From Candidatus Nomurabacteria bacterium (GTDB taxonomy: Bacteria > Patescibacteriota > Minisyncoccia > Phycocordibacterales > UBA9973), in assembly GCA_023267435.1 (NCBI GenBank), contig JAHFNH010000002.1, forward strand, positions 88,706-152,705: a DNA stretch of 64,000 nucleotides, in the 5' to 3' direction. How positions within the stretch are numbered: position 1 is the first letter of the stretch; every line of letters begins with the position of its first letter. The translations under genes and the position numbers were made by a program. The notes beneath the pieces were generated by a model. It searched no databases and was not told the DNA's origin. It saw only the letters and a list, made by a program, of their open reading frames with translations. This document shows, one piece after another, positions 58,708 through 64,000 of the stretch.

Positions 58708-60867
58708 ATGGAAATTAATCCAAAACTGCTAAAACCATACGATCCGGCTGAAACAGAAAGCAACATCTACAGGCTTTGGGAAGAGAGCGGTTTTTTTAAT
58801 CCGGACAATTTGCCCGATGACAGGAAAAATCCTTTTACTATCATAATGCCACCTCCAAATGTGACTGGTGTCCTTCATATGGGTCACGCATTAATGATCA
58901 CTCTTGAAGATATAATGATCCGTTATAAACGCATGCAAGGATATAAAACACTCTGGCTCCCTGGCACAGACCACGCTGCGATAGCCACTCAGTCAAAAGT
59001 TGAAAAAGAAATTCAAAAAAAAGAAGGAAAATCTCGCCATGATTTAGGTAGAGAAGAAATGTTGAAAAGAATAAAAGAATTTGCTCAGCAAAGTCATGAT
59101 ACGATCATCTCTCAAATAAAAACTATGGGCGCATCTTGCGATTGGTCTCGAGAAGCTTTTACTTTGGATGAAAAAAGAAATCTCGCAGTCAATACTGTTT
59201 TCAAAAAAATGTACGACGATGGCATAATCTATCGCGGTAATAGAATTATAAACTGGGATCCGAAAGGACAGACAACTATTTCCGACGATGAAATTGTTTA
59301 CGAAGAACGTACAGCAAAAATGTACACTTTTAAATATTCAAAAGACTTCCCTATTTCAATTTCTACCACTCGTCCAGAAACAAAAGTCGGAGACGTGGCA
59401 GTCGCAGTGCATCCAGAAGATACAAGATACACAAACTTTATTGGTAAAGAATATGATTTAGTATTCTGTGGAGTTCCTATTCACATAAAAATAATTGCAG
59501 ATAAAGAAGTCGATCCAGCTTTTGGTACTGGCGCGCTTGGTGTCACACCCGCACACTCTATGACTGACTGGGAAATAGCTGATAGGCACGACCTCCCTCG
59601 CCCACAAGTTATAAACGAATATGCCAAAATGACAGTAGGTGCAGATAATTTATTGGGCAAGAAAACAACTGAAGCAAGAGAGGTAATTGTAGAATGGCTT
59701 CGCGCAGAAAAACTTTTAGAAAAAGAAGAAGAAATAAAACAAAATATTTCTACAGCTGAACGCACAGGTGGAATCATCGAACCTCTTCCAAAACTTCAAT
59801 GGTTTATAAATGTAAATAAGCCTATCAAAGAACGCGATAATAAGACTCTGAAGGAGTTAATGCGTGAGCCATTAGAAAATGGAAATATAAACATAATTCC
59901 TGATTATTTTTCAAAAACATATTTCCACTGGATAGAAAATTTGCGCGACTGGTGCATTTCAAGGCAGATTTGGTATGGACATCGAGTTCCTGTTTGGTAC
60001 CGTTCGGCTTCGCTCACGGCGAGTCGTGAAGATGAAGTTTACTGCGGAGTAACAGCCCCTGAAGGTGAAAACTGGAAACAAGATGAAGACACATTGGACA
60101 CATGGTTTTCTTCCGGCATGTGGACATTTTCCACGCTCGGTTGGCCAGAACAAACAGCAGACTTAAAAACATATCATCCGACAGATGTACTAGAAACAGG
60201 TAGTGAAATAATTTTCTTTTGGGTTGCTCGAATGATACTCATGAGTGAATATGTTCTTGGAGAAATCCCATTTAAAACTATTTATCTTCACGGCACAGTC
60301 CGCGATGCAAAAGGACGCAAAATGTCGAAATCTCTCGGCAATGGAATCGATCCTATCGATATTGCTCAAAAATTTGGCGCTGATGCTGGACGCATGGCTC
60401 TCGTTACAGGTACGGCTCCAGGCACAGATAGCAGAATAGATGAAAACAAAATAAAAGGTTATAAAAATTTTGCAAATAAAATTTGGAACATTACCCGCTT
60501 CGTCTTAGATAATGTCAGTGAAAATAATTTTGAAAACAATATCCAAAATGATCTAACAGAAGAATTTAAAAAAATATATCAAGACATAACATCAGATATG
60601 GAAAATTATCGTTTTCATATCGCATCAGAAAAAATATATCATTATATCTGGCACAGATTTGCAGATGAAATAATCGAAGAAAGTAAAGAAATAATAAAAG
60701 CTGGCGGTGAAAAAGCTGAAGAAAGAAAAAACGCATTAGTTTCAATTTGGAAAGATTGTCTTAGAACTCTTCACCCATTTATGCCTTTTGTCACCGAAGA
60801 AATTTGGTCGATGATTCCTAAAAAAAATAAAAATCTTTTAATAATAGAGAAGTGGCCAAATGAATAA
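58708..60867 (+). CDS. valS: Valine--tRNA ligase (no C-terminal coiled-coil arm)
   Basis: PPPNVTGVLHMGH, DWCISRQ, DTWFSS, KMSKS. Confidence 0.96.
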   Translation: MEINPKLLKPYDPAETESNIYRLWEESGFFNPDNLPDDRKNPFTIIMPPPNVTGVLHMGHALMITLEDIMIRYKRMQGYKTLWLPGTDHAAIATQSKVEKEIQKKEGKSRHDLGREEMLKRIKEFAQQSHDTIISQIKTMGASCDWSREAFTLDEKRNLAVNTVFKKMYDDGIIYRGNRIINWDPKGQTTISDDEIVYEERTAKMYTFKYSKDFPISISTTRPETKVGDVAVAVHPEDTRYTNFIGKEYDLVFCGVPIHIKIIADKEVDPAFGTGALGVTPAHSMTDWEIADRHDLPRPQVINEYAKMTVGADNLLGKKTTEAREVIVEWLRAEKLLEKEEEIKQNISTAERTGGIIEPLPKLQWFINVNKPIKERDNKTLKELMREPLENGNINIIPDYFSKTYFHWIENLRDWCISRQIWYGHRVPVWYRSASLTASREDEVYCGVTAPEGENWKQDEDTLDTWFSSGMWTFSTLGWPEQTADLKTYHPTDVLETGSEIIFFWVARMILMSEYVLGEIPFKTIYLHGTVRDAKGRKMSKSLGNGIDPIDIAQKFGADAGRMALVTGTAPGTDSRIDENKIKGYKNFANKIWNITRFVLDNVSENNFENNIQNDLTEEFKKIYQDITSDMENYRFHIASEKIYHYIWHRFADEIIEESKEIIKAGGEKAEERKNALVSIWKDCLRTLHPFMPFVTEEIWSMIPKKNKNLLIIEKWPNE

Positions 60868-61552
60868 CGATCCAAAAATTTTAGGCTTGGCACTCTTGGG
60901 TGGAATCGTCCCCGCACTTTTTTGGCTATGGTTTTGGCTCCGTGAGAATAGAGAAAAACCGGAACCAAAAGGCCTTTTAACTATTTGTTTCATTATCGGC
61001 ATGATCGCGGTTATTTTCGTGTTGCCAATCGAAAAATTTCTTCAAACAAATATTCACGTTAATGAATGGCAGATCATCAGCTGGGCCACGGCCGAAGAAT
61101 TAATAAAATATTTGGCTGTTATGACAATTCTTTTTAGAACGTCTTATGTAAAAAATCCCATAGACTGGCCTATTTACATGATAACCGTAGCTTTAGGTTT
61201 CGCTGCGCTGGAAAATATGCTTTTTTTAATAAAACCACTTTCATTAAATCAATCAACTGTAGGACTTTTAACAAGCCAATTAAGATTCTTGGGGTCTACC
61301 TTATTGCATGCCGTATCGAGCGGAATAGTCGGCATTTCTCTCGGACTTTCTTTCTTTATTAAAGATTGGAAAAAAAAATGGTATCTTCTCATGGGACTTA
61401 TACTAGCTATTTCCTTGCATAGTGCCTTTAATTTTTTTATAATGAAGAATAACGGAAGCGATTTTTTGAAAGTCTTCGCTTTCCTGTGGGTCGCAACCAT
61501 TATCAATATGTTACTTTTTGAAAAAATAAGAAGAATGAGCGGAGAATATTAA
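60860..61552 (+). CDS. PrsW family intramembrane protease
   Basis: PEP, EELIK, GFAALEN, LLH, LHSAFN. Confidence 0.9.
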   Translation: MNNDPKILGLALLGGIVPALFWLWFWLRENREKPEPKGLLTICFIIGMIAVIFVLPIEKFLQTNIHVNEWQIISWATAEELIKYLAVMTILFRTSYVKNPIDWPIYMITVALGFAALENMLFLIKPLSLNQSTVGLLTSQLRFLGSTLLHAVSSGIVGISLGLSFFIKDWKKKWYLLMGLILAISLHSAFNFFIMKNNGSDFLKVFAFLWVATIINMLLFEKIRRMSGEY

Positions 61553-61569
61553 TTGCTCATAAAAAAAAT

Positions 61570-62049
61570 ATGTTAAATAATAAAAGAAAATCGTTTTTTG
61601 AGAGATTAACAGGAAGTGTTCGTGCTGACGAAGAACAGGAGCAAGAGGAACAGACAAAAAGAGTGTCAGTGCGAGGAGGTCAAAAAATTCCTAGCAACTG
61701 GATGGAAGAAGAAGTTGAAGAAGCTGAGCTCACTGTGGATGTGTATCAGACACCTACAGACATAATTGTGCAGACAATGGTCGCTGGAGTAAAGCCTGAA
61801 GATTTAGAACTCACCATCGCTCGCGATATGATCACTATCCGAGGCAAGCGCGAAGAATCTCGCACAATAGACGAAGATAATTATTTTACAAAAGAACTTT
61901 ATTGGGGTACATTCTCTCGAACGATACTCCTTCCCCAAGAAGTCGACCCCGAAGAAGCTGAAGCGACAGAAAAACACGGTTTACTCACTATAAAGCTTCC
62001 AAAAATAGACAAAGAGAAAAAAACAAGCGTAAAAGTGAAATCTATATAA
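61570..62049 (+). CDS. Hsp20/alpha-crystallin family protein
   Basis: VDVYQT, ELYWGTFSRTILLP, GLLTIKLPK. Confidence 0.93.
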   Translation: MLNNKRKSFFERLTGSVRADEEQEQEEQTKRVSVRGGQKIPSNWMEEEVEEAELTVDVYQTPTDIIVQTMVAGVKPEDLELTIARDMITIRGKREESRTIDEDNYFTKELYWGTFSRTILLPQEVDPEEAEATEKHGLLTIKLPKIDKEKKTSVKVKSI

Positions 62050-62054
62050 CATAA

Positions 62055-62275
62055 AATAAAAACCCCACCAACTATGTTGATGGGGTTGCCTCTGCGATAG
62101 AGCACAGGTCTAAGCCGATTTAGCCATAAAATCACAAACAGGACAAAATCGGGTCTTTGATCGCGTTCAATGTTTCCCTTGAGAGCGAGAACGCCATTAG
62201 CAATAAGGGGTAACTGTCCAAGTCGTAGAGTTCACTCACGACTATGCTGATCCGTTACATCGATTTACCAGCCCC
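62055..62275 (-). ncRNA. Candidate structured ncRNA of ~215 nt, family unassigned
   Basis: TTGACA-17-TAATCT promoter, multiple helices, terminator 62061-62087, no credible ORF. Confidence 0.55.
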
Positions 62276-62278
62276 CAT

Positions 62279-62324
62279 AGATTAGCATAATTAACTTGAC
62301 TTGTCAATATTTTTATGCTAGTAT
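62279..62324. promoter_or_regulatory. Back-to-back divergent promoters centred on TTGACTTGTCAA
   Basis: Minus TTGACA-17-TAATCT; plus TTGACT-17-TAGTAT. Confidence 0.7.
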
Positions 62325-62424
62325 CAGTTTAGATTGAATTTGTTGGATTTTTATCCGTTAAATTAATAAACCCGATATATATTCCCTCAACTTATTTTAT
62401 TTAACCTTTTAAAACTTAAGAAAC

Positions 62425-62787
62425 ATGAAATTTAAAGATATTAATTTTAACTTCGACAAACTTAGGGAAAATTTCCTTTCTTTATTAAAAGAAGAAGTAT
62501 CTCCCCTTTTTGAGAATGCTGTTCAAGATGAACAAAGTAAAGCGGACGATTTTATTAATTACGACATTATTTGGTCCTTCACTGCTAAAAATAAAAGTCG
62601 TGAAGTTACAATAGATTGCACTAAAAACAAAGGAGTGGCTGTTGGTTTTGATAGAGAAAACTCTGATATTTATTACTGTTCTAAAAGCATGAGCGTACTG
62701 GAATTTCAAAGAGTAATTCCTGACATAAAAGCATATCTAAAAAATGGCAAGGTTAATTATGACAAATTTGAAAAACAGGAATTGTAA
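62425..62787 (+). CDS. Hypothetical protein (orphan)
   Basis: 120-aa ORF, bidirectional terminator near 62805-62833. Confidence 0.7.
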   Translation: MKFKDINFNFDKLRENFLSLLKEEVSPLFENAVQDEQSKADDFINYDIIWSFTAKNKSREVTIDCTKNKGVAVGFDRENSDIYYCSKSMSVLEFQRVIPDIKAYLKNGKVNYDKFEKQEL

Positions 62788-62831
62788 AAATTAAATCTGT
62801 TTTTAAAAGCACTGAATCAATCAGTGCTTTT

Positions 62832-63221
62832 TTAATTATCTGCGTGATTTGAAAGGGCTTTTTTTACAATTTTTATAAATTCTTCAGCCTCAATTGATTT
62901 TGGTATGCATCCCAACACCCCCAGCTCTTTTACTGCTTTTTCTTCTTCAATTGATAAATCTACATTAGTTAAGAAAATAATTGGAATATTAGAAGTTTCT
63001 TTTTCCTCTTTTAGTAAACTGGAAGTTTTTATACCATCCATCACAGGCATGTTTATATCCATCAAGATAAGATCTGGTTGAAAGCGTCGTGCTATTTCTC
63101 GTCCCTCATTGCCATCCTTTCCATATAAAACCTCAAATCCAGCAGAAGCTAATTTGGAGCCGAAGAACCGACGATTTATCTCATCTTCATCAACAAGGAG
63201 AATGTGAATTTTTTTATCCAT
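62832..63221 (-). CDS. Single-domain response regulator (CheY-like)
   Basis: ILLVDED, DLILMDINMP, IIFLT, IPK; start at MDKK. Confidence 0.92.
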   Translation of the reverse strand: MDKKIHILLVDEDEINRRFFGSKLASAGFEVLYGKDGNEGREIARRFQPDLILMDINMPVMDGIKTSSLLKEEKETSNIPIIFLTNVDLSIEEEKAVKELGVLGCIPKSIEAEEFIKIVKKALSNHADN

Positions 63222-63304
63222 ATTTTTATTATAACAATAAAATTTTAATATGCGAAATAAATTTGCTTTTTCTTGCACACTTTATGTGTTAGATTATTAA
63301 ATAA

Positions 63305-63376
63305 GTCTTCGTAGTTAAATGGATATAACGACTCCGTCCTAAGGAGTAGTTGCAGGTTCGATTCCTGCCGAGGACA
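63305..63376 (+). tRNA. tRNA-Arg(CCT)
   Basis: GTCTTCG/CGAGGAC acceptor, ACTCC-GTCCTAA-GGAGT. Confidence 0.93.
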
Positions 63377-63493
63377 CAAGAGAAATAAACTGCTTTATTT
63401 CGAGCAGAAATCGAAAAGCTTTTCGTTCTCTGATGAAATCAGAGCGAAAAGGTATACTGTTCCTGTAAGGAAAGATTCCTGCCGAGGACACAA
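63360..63493 (+). repeat. 20-bp duplication of the tRNA-Arg 3' end around a 94-bp hairpin-rich insert
   Basis: gattcctgccgaggacacaa at 63360-63379 and 63474-63493. Confidence 0.85.
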
Positions 63494-63536
63494 ATTTAAA
63501 ATTGGCTTTTTATAAGTCTTATGCTAAAATACCATT

Positions 63537-63797
63537 ATGGATCCTGAATCAAAGCAATTACTTGAAAATACATACGCATTATCCGAGGAGAATAATAAAA
63601 TGCTTCACAGCATGAGACGTGCGCAAAAAATCGCATCTTTTATGCGTGTAATGTATTGGATAGTTATTATTGCCATCACTTTTGGATCTTATTATTTCTT
63701 GCAACCATATGTGACGCAATTGCAGAAATTTATGCAGGATTCCGGTGCTAGTATTGATCAATTAAAAAATATAGGTAATTATTTACCTAAAAAATAA
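63537..63797 (+). CDS. Small membrane protein
   Basis: 86 aa, EENNKML...single TM...LQPY. Confidence 0.75.
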   Translation: MDPESKQLLENTYALSEENNKMLHSMRRAQKIASFMRVMYWIVIIAITFGSYYFLQPYVTQLQKFMQDSGASIDQLKNIGNYLPKK

Positions 63798-63880
63798 ACA
63801 CGCAAGCCGAGATGACTGTTTTGGTTGATAACGCCAAATAAAGAAAATAAGTTAAAAAGTTTTGAAAATAAAATAAACAT

Positions 63881-63953
63881 GCCGAGATAGCTCAGTTGGT
63901 AGAGCGCTCCCCTGAAGAGGGATAGGTCCCCAGTTCGACCCTGGGTCTCGGCA
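63881..63953 (+). tRNA. tRNA-Phe(GAA)
   Basis: GCCGAGA/TCTCGGC acceptor, CTGAAGA anticodon loop. Confidence 0.93.
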
Positions 63954-64000
63954 CATAAAAACAATAAAAGGCTGACATTAAAAGTGTCAGCCTTTTTGTT

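Noticed and set aside
62055-62275. tmRNA or RNase P RNA assignment
   Set aside because: GGGGGCTG start and CGGCTTA are suggestive, but there is no T-arm/CCA end, tag ORF or GAGGAAAGTCC, and it is too short

Overview
AT-rich bacterial chromosome segment in genetic code 11 (TGA is a stop; tRNA-Trp has anticodon CCA). Gene content and style point to Patescibacteria/CPR (Parcubacteria, probably Nomurabacteria-like); this placement is inference. Housekeeping genes include alr, rseP, frr, mreB, priA, rsmI, a complete F1Fo ATP synthase operon, prfA, rpmE, rplY, fba, gatB, obgE, rmuC, engB, a partial dcw cluster (mraZ-rsmH-ftsL-ftsI-murF), lysS, greA, rpsU-ybeY-ftsA-ftsZ, tsaD and valS, plus eight tRNAs. 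No integrase, transposase, reverse transcriptase, CRISPR array or rRNA was found. The main unexplained structure is: (1) at least two families of short palindromic elements with compensatory base changes, found both intergenically and in frame inside housekeeping proteins, some with copy-specific inverted arms; (2) orphan genes inserted as self-contained units, several sharing a back-to-back TTGAC-N2-GTCAA promoter module and a boxA-like leader; (3) a promoter- and terminator-bounded, highly structured ~215-nt ncRNA candidate at 62.06-62.27 kb, and a second candidate at 46.26-46.57 kb; (4) a 51-bp direct repeat flanking a one-gene cassette, and a tRNA-Arg 3'-end duplication; (5) several degenerate-active-site paralogues (HEAT-repeat kinase-like protein, GreA-like factor, UbiA-like protein, pseudo-receiver, PriA).
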